NCBI GenBank assembly: GCA_050951805.1
Contig: JBMNJT010000002.1
Span: 736,001-800,000 of the forward strand
Direction of reading: 5' to 3'
Length of the DNA: 64,000 nt
Source: Bacillota bacterium
Lineage (GTDB): Bacteria; Bacillota; DTU025
Part shown: positions 38,806 through 47,535 of the stretch, piece by piece
Numbering within the stretch: the first letter of the stretch is position 1
How the letters are laid out: each line of letters starts with the position of its first letter
Notes under the pieces: generated by a model
Told to the model about the DNA's origin: nothing
What the model saw: the letters and a program-made list of their open reading frames with translations, nothing else
Database searches by the model: none
Translations under genes and position numbers: made by a program

Positions 38806-39314
38806 GTGGTTTGCTGAAGGACGTCGAGAAGGACGGTATTGTTAAGTGGGAAGACGTCATGGCTTCGAAGGGATGTCCAAGCAGTTCAAGGGCTGAGAAA
38901 GGCCCAGTGGCGGTCATCGAATGCCTTCAGGAGATCCCTTGCAACCCGTGTGAAACGGGATGCCCATTCGGCGCTATTTCCGTTGGGGATCGAATAACGA
39001 ACCTTCCCGTGCTGAATGAGGAGAAGTGCAGGGGATGTGGGAACTGCGTTCCTGTCTGTCCTGGGCTTGCCATATTTATCGAGGATCTATCGGGATCTGG
39101 CGATGAGGCCAAGGTGACGCTCCCCTATGAATACTTGCCTCTTCCTGAGCGCGGCGCTGTCGTGAAGGCAACTGACAGAGCTGGACGGGAAATATGCGAC
39201 GCGACAGTCGTAGATGTCAGAAAACCTGCGGCTTTCAACAAGACTGCTGTCATCACGATCTCTGTGCCAAAGGAATTTGTGCATGAGGCCAGGGGGATAG
39301 CTTTCCTCCGGTAG
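38802..39314 (+). CDS. 2[4Fe-4S] ferredoxin-domain protein with C-terminal extension
   Basis: 'ECLQEIPCNPCETGCP', 'CRGCGNCVPVCPG', 'LPYEYLPLP'. Confidence 0.8.
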   Translation: MSGLLKDVEKDGIVKWEDVMASKGCPSSSRAEKGPVAVIECLQEIPCNPCETGCPFGAISVGDRITNLPVLNEEKCRGCGNCVPVCPGLAIFIEDLSGSGDEAKVTLPYEYLPLPERGAVVKATDRAGREICDATVVDVRKPAAFNKTAVITISVPKEFVHEARGIAFLR

Positions 39315-39349
39315 TGTGCTGTGATTTGCCTGTTTTAATATGTTAATGA

Positions 39350-39386
39350 GCAGGCCGGTCCGTATGAGGTCTTCGGGCCGGCCTGC
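39350..39386. other. Strong 13-bp hairpin upstream of hpt
   Basis: GCAGGCCGGTCCG-N11-CGGGCCGGCCTGC; no U-tract on +. Confidence 0.5.
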
Positions 39387-39410
39387 AGACGTGATGGGAG
39401 GAATCGGCTA

Positions 39411-39980
39411 GTGTCTGTGCATCCTTCAATGCATATCATCGAAGACATTCAAGAAGTTTTGATCTCAGAGGAACAGATAGGCTCCAAAGTGGCGGAATTG
39501 GGGGCACAAATATCCAAGGAATACGAGGGAAAGGATTTACTGTTGGTGTGCATACTCAAAGGGGCCCTTGTATTCATGTCGGATCTGATGCGATGCATAT
39601 CGATTCCGGTCAGCATTGATACCATGGCCGTTACTAGCTATGGGGCATCGACTGTCTCCTCAGGAGTGGTTAAGATAATAAAGGATCTTGATGTTCCTAT
39701 CGAAGGCCGACACGTCCTCATCGTTGAGGATATAGTCGATACAGGGCTTACCCTAAGTTACTTGGTTTCGACTCTGAAGAACCGCAAGCCAGCATCTGTG
39801 AAGGTATGCACACTTCTGGATAAGCCGGATCGGAGGCAGGCGTCTATTGTTCCGGACTATAATGGATTCGTAATTCCCGATAAGTTTGTTGTAGGTTATG
39901 GCTTGGATTACATGGAAAAATACCGAAACCTGCCTTTTGTGGGCGTGCCTAAAGATTATGTGTGGAACGAGGAGCATTGA
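39411..39980 (+). CDS. hpt: Hypoxanthine phosphoribosyltransferase
   Basis: 'ILKG', 'VEDIVDTGLT', 'LLDKP', 'FVVGYGLD'. Confidence 0.96.
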   Translation: MSVHPSMHIIEDIQEVLISEEQIGSKVAELGAQISKEYEGKDLLLVCILKGALVFMSDLMRCISIPVSIDTMAVTSYGASTVSSGVVKIIKDLDVPIEGRHVLIVEDIVDTGLTLSYLVSTLKNRKPASVKVCTLLDKPDRRQASIVPDYNGFVIPDKFVVGYGLDYMEKYRNLPFVGVPKDYVWNEEH

Positions 39981-39986
39981 AATTTC

Positions 39987-40985
39987 ATGAAAGAGAGACA
40001 TCTACACAATGCAGGCGGTCTACAGGATGGCCGCGACCCGCGCTCATTCATAGATGAGGCGATTTCAGCAATTTCGCAGCAGATAGGAGCGGAGCGAGCA
40101 GTTTGCGGATTGTCGGGCGGCGTCGACTCATCTGTTGCTGCGGTGCTTGTCCATAAAGCTATAGGTGCCAATCTTACCTGTATCTTTGTGGACAACGGTC
40201 TGCTTAGGAAGGGCGAGGCTGAAGGGGTGGAGAACGTTTTCCGCGGCCATTACCACATGAACCTCGTAGTTGTGGATGCAAAAGAGCGGTTTCTGAAGAA
40301 GCTTGAAGGCGTTGTGGACCCGGAGGCAAAAAGGAAGATTATTGGCGCAGAGTTCATACGGGTCTTCGAAGAGGAATCGGAAAAGCTGGGAAATGTTCCA
40401 TATTTGGTCCAGGGGACTCTCCTTCCTGATGTGGTTGAGAGTGTCTCTAGCCAGAAACCTGGAGTCAAGGTCAAGTCCCATCATAATGTGGGCGGACTTC
40501 CGGAGGATCTCAGGTTCGAACTGATAGAACCTCTGAGGATGCTCTACAAGGATGATGTCCGCCTCATCGGCAAGGAACTGGGGCTTCCTGATACCATAGT
40601 GAAGAGGCAGCCATTCCCCGGGCCGGGGCTGGCTGTTAGGATAATTGGAGAGGTCACCCGAGAACGGCTGGAGGTTTTAAGAGAGGCCGATGCCATAGTG
40701 CGTGAAGAAATCGGGAAGCTTCCTGAGGCAAGCGAGCTCTGGCAGTATTTCGCGGTTCTTCCCGCGATTCGCAGCACCGGAGTGAGCGACAGCGACCGCA
40801 CCTATTCCTACCCAATAGCAATCAGGGCGGTGAAGAGCCCAGACGGCATGAGCGCTGATTGGGCGAGGCTTCCGTATGCTGCATTGGAGGAGATCAGCCG
40901 ACGCATCGTTGATGAAGTGCCCGGAGTTAACCGAGTGGTCTACGATATTACTCCAAAGCCGCCGGCCACTATTGAGTGGGAATGA
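39987..40985 (+). CDS. guaA: GMP synthase, ATP-pyrophosphatase/dimerisation part only (subunit-B-like; no glutaminase domain)
   Basis: 'LSGGVDS', 'PEAKRKIIG', '[10 protein letters not shown]', 'PFPGPGL', 'KPPATIEWE'; 332 aa, starting 6 nt after the hpt stop. Confidence 0.9.
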   Translation: MKERHLHNAGGLQDGRDPRSFIDEAISAISQQIGAERAVCGLSGGVDSSVAAVLVHKAIGANLTCIFVDNGLLRKGEAEGVENVFRGHYHMNLVVVDAKERFLKKLEGVVDPEAKRKIIGAEFIRVFEEESEKLGNVPYLVQGTLLPDVVESVSSQKPGVKVKSHHNVGGLPEDLRFELIEPLRMLYKDDVRLIGKELGLPDTIVKRQPFPGPGLAVRIIGEVTRERLEVLREADAIVREEIGKLPEASELWQYFAVLPAIRSTGVSDSDRTYSYPIAIRAVKSPDGMSADWARLPYAALEEISRRIVDEVPGVNRVVYDITPKPPATIEWE

Positions 40986-41123
40986 GGTGCAGATTTGCAC
41001 CTATCAGGCAAAACAGACTCTTTCAGGCTTTTTAGGACAGCTCTACTTCTAGTTCGCCTCCATTTGCTTTGATGTAATCCAAAAGGCGGATAATTTCAGA
41101 GCTGGGGAATGAATATAGACAGA

Positions 41124-41170
41124 ACGTCGGCTTCCCATGGGATAAGCATAGGAGGCCGGCGTCGTATTTT
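41124..41170 (+). terminator. Probable intrinsic terminator of hpt-guaA
   Basis: ACGTCGGCTTCC...GGAGGCCGGCGT (with G-U pairs) followed by CGTATTTT. Confidence 0.55.
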
Positions 41171-41384
41171 GCCTAGGGCTGGAATTGCAATCAGGAGGAC
41201 AGGTAAACCTGAATTTCACATCTGACATGTGGCGTATTCCATATGGCTTGTTATATGACCGGCTAAACAGTAGGTGCGGTGAATCCAGGTTTCACAAAAA
41301 CACACGCCGCGAGCTGATGCTGCGCATGCAAGTAACGGCATCAGAAAAAATCCATGAAGGGCTTAGCTCAGCCACGGGTGGGCG

Positions 41385-41978
41385 CTATTTGCCATATACG
41401 AGCTTTCGAAAACTCGAAATGTTCAGCTTGAACGTCAGTCCATCATATGATTGGCCACGCACCATCCGGTAATTGACTTGTCGAGCGCACTCTTCAAATC
41501 CCATCTTTCTTATCAGGCCCAGGACGCGCTCATTCCCGGACCAGGTCTGTGTGTAAATGTCTTCAACTCCGTTGGACAGCAGGTATTCGATGAACAGCTT
41601 CCATGCAGCGGTTGCATAACCCTGGCGTCGTGCACTTTGCTCGGGAATGTCGATTCCTATCGTGCAGTATCCATCCTCATCTGTGTAGTCATAGTTCGCG
41701 TCTATGTTGTATGAATTACACCAACCAATGTGCGTTCGAGTTCCATTGTTGATGCATATCTGAAAACTCCGGCGCATTCTACTAGGATCCTTTTCTGTGG
41801 ACAGTTGGCGCAGCATCTTATCTCGATATGCGTCAGGCGAAAACGGTTCTTCCTCTTCAAGCTCCCATGGAGCGTCCCATAGTAACCATTCTGTCTCTAC
41901 TGTCTCCCAGCGAATCCTGTCTTCAATGTCCTCTCGCACAAAATCTCTCAGGATCACTCTGCCGTCTGTGATTACCAT
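41385..41978 (-). CDS. GNAT acetyltransferase (RimJ/RimL-like)
   Basis: 'VILRD', 'WDAPW', 'IGIDIP', 'RRQGYAT', 'QTWSGN', 'KMGF'; SD GAGGAGG. Confidence 0.85.
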   Translation of the reverse strand: MVITDGRVILRDFVREDIEDRIRWETVETEWLLWDAPWELEEEEPFSPDAYRDKMLRQLSTEKDPSRMRRSFQICINNGTRTHIGWCNSYNIDANYDYTDEDGYCTIGIDIPEQSARRQGYATAAWKLFIEYLLSNGVEDIYTQTWSGNERVLGLIRKMGFEECARQVNYRMVRGQSYDGLTFKLNISSFRKLVYGK

Positions 41979-42402
41979 ACAATCCTCCTCAATTGGGAAT
42001 CTTCATGACAAATGGAAGGAGATTCTTGAAGGACTAGACTGAAGCCCATTTCTGGCGCGTACGCTCTGAGTCAGTGCATTTTGCGTCGATTTCTGCCGTT
42101 TGAACGATGCCAGAAAGCTGTTCAAAACGGATTAGTGGGACGCTATTGTGACAACCTTCCGGCTCACTTTCTGGGGCCGTGAATGAGGTATCTATCGCGA
42201 TCGGTAGGATACACCCAGGGGAAGAGCCTACCTTGACACAGAGCTACACGCGAAAGGGGCCAGCAAGATGGATAGTATCACAGGGCGCATCGAACTGCAC
42301 GTCCGAAAACGGGTGTGTTTGGCAATCGCAGAGTGCGTGGTTGCGCAGCCGAGATGTGCAGGGGCTAACTGCTTGGGCCCGGGGTCGGATCTCAGGGATT
42401 CA

Positions 42403-42411
42403 TGGTATAAT
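42403..42411 (+). promoter_or_regulatory. Extended -10 element upstream of the phosphotransferase
   Basis: TGGTATAAT about 110 nt before the ORF. Confidence 0.35.
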
Positions 42412-42520
42412 GACGTTATCAGCATAGAGATTGAATTCGCATGAAGGAGCATTTGGCATTCTAGGCGATGGAAGCTAAGGAGATTTACAGTGGCGCGGAT
42501 CTTGAGGGACGATCGCCTGG

Positions 42521-43477
42521 ATGAGTAGAAGCAAAAGGATGGGTCGAGCGATCGCTGGAGAACCAAGGCAGGATGCTGAAGAACGGGTTAGGCGCCATAT
42601 CTTAGGCCAACTCCACTCACACGAGATTGATCGGTTTGAGCTGATTCGCAGCAAGGATCGGGTGTGGGTTTTTCGTTGTTCCTTCGATGGAAGCCCCACT
42701 GTAATCAAGTACTTTGAAAAAGATGACGACATGAGGGAGATCCAAAATTATCAGCTTCTTCATCGCTTGGGCATTCCGACGATGGACGTTCTCGAGTATG
42801 CACAGCGATGTCTTGTTTTGGAAGACATCGCTGAGAGCAAGACGTGGCGTTTAGGCATCCCGGACGATCTCAGAGATGAGCAAATTGCCGGCAGGTTAGC
42901 CGAGTGGTATTTTCATTTCCACGAGAAGGGGATCAACATTCCTGAGCTGCCTGAACTGTACTGTGAGACAGATTGCCTGACGATAGCAAACCTCAATCGT
43001 CTGTCGGAAAGGGATCCTTCTCTTAAGGACATTACCTGTTATCTGCAAAACCATGTAGGCCTGTTTCAAAAGGAACTGGCGGGGTTGGTGCGAACTTTGA
43101 ACTACAACGACTTCTATTGGACGAACATGCTCGTAAGAAAAGATCACACTGCCGCCATGATGTTTGATTACAATTATCTAGGTCAAGGCTATCGGGGAAA
43201 CGATATTTCGAATGTGAAGTCTAGTTTGTCAGTCGAAGCGGGAACGGCTTTTGAAGATCAGTATGATGTGCTTTACCATGAAAAACACGGAGTATCAAGA
43301 GAATGCGAGCGTCAGAACGAAGAGAGGATCACATCGATTGTGACGCCGTTGATCACGGTCATTTTAGCATACCAAAAGCCTGATTTCCCTGCCTGGGGAG
43401 AAGAAGCTAGGCAGCTGGTATTGAACCCGCAGTATTTGGAACACGTGAAATCGTTTGTGGATTCCTGTGACAAGTAA
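42521..43477 (+). CDS. Aminoglycoside phosphotransferase/choline-kinase-like fold protein
   Basis: 'VIKYF', 'EIQNY', 'LVLEDI', Brenner-like 'YNDFYWTN', 'MMFDYN'. Confidence 0.7.
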   Translation: MSRSKRMGRAIAGEPRQDAEERVRRHILGQLHSHEIDRFELIRSKDRVWVFRCSFDGSPTVIKYFEKDDDMREIQNYQLLHRLGIPTMDVLEYAQRCLVLEDIAESKTWRLGIPDDLRDEQIAGRLAEWYFHFHEKGINIPELPELYCETDCLTIANLNRLSERDPSLKDITCYLQNHVGLFQKELAGLVRTLNYNDFYWTNMLVRKDHTAAMMFDYNYLGQGYRGNDISNVKSSLSVEAGTAFEDQYDVLYHEKHGVSRECERQNEERITSIVTPLITVILAYQKPDFPAWGEEARQLVLNPQYLEHVKSFVDSCDK

Positions 43478-43690
43478 CGGCAAAGAATTGAGCTGCATGT
43501 GCCGGAGCTTGAAGAACTATGACTTAGGCAGCAAATGTTGCTAGATCCCAAAGCCATGTAATACAATGCCTATTCCGATGCAAGCTGCAATGGGTATCAT
43601 TGGGATACGGGTTGCACTGACTTCCTGAAAGAGGATTGGGGCGACTGGCACCGGCAGTAGATTGGCTATATCAGTTGTAGGTATAGCAAC
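43478..43690 (+). pseudogene. Decayed N-terminal part of a clostridial GNAT-family gene
   Basis: RQRIELHVPELEEL*LRQQMLLDPKAM*YNAYSDASCNGYHWDTGCTDFLKEDWGDWHRQ*IG, with stops at 43520, 43559 and 43658. Resembles the 'L.DP.TM.YN...TGCIDF...W..W' GNAT N-terminus as recalled. Confidence 0.6.
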
Positions 43691-43821
43691 TCAAGGGGTA
43701 TTTGGCTTCTGCGAAGTTCTGGGAGTGGGGAGGTGCTGTTCGGATATATAATGGTGCTTTTGTGCGACATAATCGGAACGTTTAGGTGTCTGTAATCGCT
43801 TAGTGGGAGTAGGGACAGCAG

Positions 43822-44712
43822 TTGAAATCATGGCGCTTGGGGTCGTACAAATCAATCCTGGCCGACCTGAGCCTAGTAGGGATATGCGTTATATGGGGAA
43901 CGAGCTTCGCCATAGTCAAGACAGTGCTGGGCGACACGAATCCGGCCACTTTTATTGCGGCAAGATTTGTACTTGCTACGGTTCTTCTCGGGCTCGTTGC
44001 GGGTCGGCGCCTTCGTGGACTGGACTGGGAATACTGTAAGGCAGGGTTCGCGCTGGCAATCCCCCTCATGCTCGGGTTTTTAACCCAAACTTGCGGGTTG
44101 CAGGGGACTACTGCGTCCAAGGCCGGGTTCATCACAGGGATGCACGTAGTTTTTACGCTTTTCCTTGAACAGAAGGTCCTCAAGAATCGCATCATGCCAT
44201 ATCAGATCACAGGCGTTGGTGTTGCAGTTGCAGGGCTTGGCCTTCTCACACTGGACAGGCTGTCGCCTCCGACATATGGCGATATTCTGATCTTAGTGTG
44301 CGCATTTTGCTTTGCGGTCCACATAATCCTCCTCGCCAGGTATTCGCCGACCATGGACGGCTTGCTCCTGTCATTTACCCAGATGGCATGGGCTGCGGTC
44401 TTTGCGGTGTTGGCTGCAGGATCCGACATAGTCCAGATATTCCAATTCGACAAGGACTTAGTCCTCTCCGTAGCCTACCTTGGTGCAACAGGAACAGCGC
44501 TTGCTTATCTCGTTCAGACTACAGCTCAAAAATATACGCCGCCTACACGGGCGGCCCTGATACTCCAGACCGAACCGATTTTTACATCCATCTTTGCGCG
44601 GCTATGGTTGGGGGAGCGTCTCAGCGTGCAGCAGGCGATTGGGGCCATTCTCATACTAGCCGGCATTCTGCTGTGTCAGGTTGGTGATATCAAACGATCC
44701 AGGGAGGTGTGA
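43822..44712 (+). CDS. DMT/EamA family transporter
   Basis: 'IWGTSF', 'RF', 'TTASKAGFITG', 'GD', 'EPIF', 'LGE'; about 10 TMs. Confidence 0.9.
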   Translation: MKSWRLGSYKSILADLSLVGICVIWGTSFAIVKTVLGDTNPATFIAARFVLATVLLGLVAGRRLRGLDWEYCKAGFALAIPLMLGFLTQTCGLQGTTASKAGFITGMHVVFTLFLEQKVLKNRIMPYQITGVGVAVAGLGLLTLDRLSPPTYGDILILVCAFCFAVHIILLARYSPTMDGLLLSFTQMAWAAVFAVLAAGSDIVQIFQFDKDLVLSVAYLGATGTALAYLVQTTAQKYTPPTRAALILQTEPIFTSIFARLWLGERLSVQQAIGAILILAGILLCQVGDIKRSREV

Positions 44713-44716
44713 TGGC

Positions 44717-46162
44717 TTGAGAGTTCTCGAAATAGCGCTAGACAGAGCCTGCGCGACCGGAGCGGAATATGCGGATGTTCGTGCGTTGCATCAGACGGAG
44801 GAGAGGCTCTCTGTTCGCAATGGTGTTGTGGAGCGGGCCACGAGCGGAGTCTCGCATGGCATAGGCGTTAGGGCACTTGTGGATGGGGCATGGGGATTCG
44901 CCGCAAGCTGTGTTGTGAGCGAGAGCGAGGCTGCCAGAGTTGCTGCGGAGGCAGTAGAGATTGCCAGGGCAAGCGCAATGGCAAAGAAGTGTGACGTTGT
45001 TCTTGCGCCACTCGATCCTGTAGTTGTGGAGTGGGAGTCGCCATGTGCCATAGATCCTTGGTCAGTTCCGAGGGCTCAGAAGATAGACCTTCTCAGGGAG
45101 GCTTGCAGCCGCGCGATGTCCGGCGGAAGCGATGTGCGCTATGCATCGGCGTCCATGAATGCGATAAGGGATGATAAGGCCTATGCCAACTCTGAGGGGG
45201 CGCGGATTCGGCAGCGGACCACGGTCACTTCGGCGGGCATCAAGGCGATAGCTCTTGGCAACGGAGAGATGCAGGTCAGATCGTATCCTGGGACGTTTGA
45301 AGGCAATGTGAGGCAGGCAGGGTACGAATGGATAGAGGAGATGGACATTGCTGGACATGCGGCTGAAATCGGGAAACAAGCTCAGGCTCTCCTCGCGGCC
45401 CAACAATGCCCGGAGATAAAGACCACTCTGATACTGGGCACCAATCAGTTGGCACTGCAGATACATGAGTCTTGCGGTCATCCGACGGAGCTGGACCGAG
45501 TCTATGGCTATGAGGCGTCTTATGCGGGAACGAGTTTTCTTGACCCTGGCAAGCTGGGAAACTTCAGGTATGGATCTGACTTGGTCAACATCTACGCCGA
45601 TTCGACGATTCCAGGAGGGCTTGGTACCTTTGCGTACGATGATGAAGGGGTTCGGTCTTGCCGAACTGATCTGGTTAGAAATGGCATGTTCGAGGCGTAT
45701 TTGATGTCGAGGGAGACTGCTGCAAGGCTCGGAAAGACCAGCAATGGTTGTATGAGAGCGAGCGGATGGGATAGAATGCCCATCATAAGGATGACCAATA
45801 TATGCCTTGAGCCGGGTAACGAGACCCTCGAATCCCTCATCCGCGGAACTGATGATGGCATATTCATGGACGGGATAAAGAGTTGGAGCATTGATGACAG
45901 GCGCTTAAACTTCCAATTTGGAAGCGAGATCGGCTGGCGGATACGCAATGGCCAGCTTGCGGAGATGGTGAAGAATCCAACATACACAGGAATAACTCCA
46001 GAGTTTTGGAATTCCTGCGATGGTATCGCGGGGTCTGACGAATGGGTGCTGTGGGGCTTTCCTAACTGCGGAAAGGGAGAGCCCAGCCAGGTCATGTTCG
46101 TTGGGCATGGCACTGCGCCTGCGAGGTTCAGGAATGTGAAGGTAGGTGTCGGAAGATGGTAG
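44717..46162 (+). CDS. tldD: TldD family metalloprotease
   Basis: 'GAWGFA', 'HESCGHPTELDR', 'YDDEG', 'RMTN', 'NCGKGEP'; TTG after GGAGGTG. Confidence 0.9.
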   Translation: MRVLEIALDRACATGAEYADVRALHQTEERLSVRNGVVERATSGVSHGIGVRALVDGAWGFAASCVVSESEAARVAAEAVEIARASAMAKKCDVVLAPLDPVVVEWESPCAIDPWSVPRAQKIDLLREACSRAMSGGSDVRYASASMNAIRDDKAYANSEGARIRQRTTVTSAGIKAIALGNGEMQVRSYPGTFEGNVRQAGYEWIEEMDIAGHAAEIGKQAQALLAAQQCPEIKTTLILGTNQLALQIHESCGHPTELDRVYGYEASYAGTSFLDPGKLGNFRYGSDLVNIYADSTIPGGLGTFAYDDEGVRSCRTDLVRNGMFEAYLMSRETAARLGKTSNGCMRASGWDRMPIIRMTNICLEPGNETLESLIRGTDDGIFMDGIKSWSIDDRRLNFQFGSEIGWRIRNGQLAEMVKNPTYTGITPEFWNSCDGIAGSDEWVLWGFPNCGKGEPSQVMFVGHGTAPARFRNVKVGVGRW

Positions 46163-47511
46163 GCCAGGAGCGTGCGCAGGAGATAGTCGAAGCGGCCATT
46201 TCAGCCTGCAGAGCTGATGCTGTCGAAGCTGTACTCATGAGCGACGTTGACAACCTTACCAGGTTTGCAAATTCTGAGATCCATCAGAACGCTTCGGTCT
46301 CGTCAGACATCTTGTATGTGAGGGCCATTTGTGGAAAACGTGAGGGATGGGCGACTACAAATCAGCTGACCTCGGAAGCTGTTAGGGACGCTGCGGCGCT
46401 GGCGATGGAGATCGCCATGGTTCAACCTGAGAATCCCGATTTTCCGGGTTTGGCAGGGCTGTGTAGATATGAGGAAGCTGGCGGCTACGACGAGCGAACG
46501 GCATCCTTTTCGGCCCGCGAGAGAGCCATGGCTGTGAAGGCAATCACAGCCATAGCTGACAAGCATGAACTCAACGCCTCCGGGGCGTTTCGTACGAGGG
46601 TTACTGGCATGGCGATTGCAAACTCTGAAGGAGCCAGCGCGTGGATGAGAGGGACAGATTCCGCAATAAGCGCGGTGATCATGACGGGATACGATTCCAA
46701 TGCCGGATCAGGCTACGCTGAAGCGGCGTCCTGGTCAGCGGGGAATCTTGACGCGCGGGCTATCGGAGAAAGGGCTGTGGAGAAGTGCCTTTCTTCCAGG
46801 AATCCTGGTGCATTAGAGCCTGGCGAATACGAAGCCATTCTTGAGCCAGCTGCAGTAGTCGACATGATGGAGACCCTGGCTTTGATGGGCATCAATGGGA
46901 TATCATTCATAGAGGGAAGAAGTTATGCTAGCGGACGGATAGGTTCAAAGATCACGTCCGATATGGTGACTATCGAGGATAACTGGCATGACCCGGGCCT
47001 CTTGCCGCGGCCATTCGATCTGGAAGGGGTTCCGCGACGGCCCGTGACCCTCATCGAACACGGCGTGGCGTCCGGCATGATCTTTGACAGACTTGCAGCC
47101 AAGAAAGCGGGGACAGAGTCGACCGGGCATGCCCTTGTTGGGGGCGCCCTCAAAGGCGGCTACCCACTGCATCTGCGGATGAGCCCCGGGGAATCGTCCA
47201 TTGGGGAAATGGTGGCCAGCACCGGGCGGGGCGTTTACGTAACGCGGTTCAACTACACCAATGTGGTGCATCCGACGAAAACGATTTTTACGGGGATGAC
47301 GCGGGACGGCACTTACCTTATTGAAGACGGCCGAATAGTTCGGCCGCTGCGGAATCTGAGGTTCACTGATTCAATACTCGACGGGATTCTTGCGAACATA
47401 GTTGCTGTGTCGCGCGACACAGAGCTGTTGCCGGTTGCGGGGGGCCGCGGAATATACCGGGCGCCTGCTATCAAGACGGCAAAACTAAATTTCATAGGCA
47501 CGACTGCGTAG
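46156..47511 (+). CDS. PmbA/TldE family protein (non-catalytic partner)
   Basis: 'TRFANSEIHQN', 'LEPGEYEAILEP', 'STGHA', 'TGMTRDG', 'NLRF'; no HExxH. Confidence 0.85.
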   Translation: MVGQERAQEIVEAAISACRADAVEAVLMSDVDNLTRFANSEIHQNASVSSDILYVRAICGKREGWATTNQLTSEAVRDAAALAMEIAMVQPENPDFPGLAGLCRYEEAGGYDERTASFSARERAMAVKAITAIADKHELNASGAFRTRVTGMAIANSEGASAWMRGTDSAISAVIMTGYDSNAGSGYAEAASWSAGNLDARAIGERAVEKCLSSRNPGALEPGEYEAILEPAAVVDMMETLALMGINGISFIEGRSYASGRIGSKITSDMVTIEDNWHDPGLLPRPFDLEGVPRRPVTLIEHGVASGMIFDRLAAKKAGTESTGHALVGGALKGGYPLHLRMSPGESSIGEMVASTGRGVYVTRFNYTNVVHPTKTIFTGMTRDGTYLIEDGRIVRPLRNLRFTDSILDGILANIVAVSRDTELLPVAGGRGIYRAPAIKTAKLNFIGTTA

Positions 47512-47535
47512 CGAAGAGGAGCTGACTTTTGATCC

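Noticed and set aside
39314-39411. Possible purine riboswitch upstream of hpt-guaA
   Set aside because: No ATATGG/GTTTCTAC/CCGTAAA core; only a single GC-rich hairpin.
41032-41115. Minus-strand protein-like fragment FPSSEIIRLLDYIKANGGELEVELS*
   Set aside because: No convincing start and no family recognised; too short to support a call.
43520-43660. In-frame TGA and TAG as possible selenocysteine/pyrrolysine recoding
   Set aside because: An intervening TAA, Trp-like positions and no SECIS-like hairpin point to ordinary pseudogene decay.
44717-47511. tldD/pmbA as part of a RiPP (microcin-like) cluster
   Set aside because: No precursor peptide, YcaO or other modification genes nearby; the flanks are housekeeping genes.
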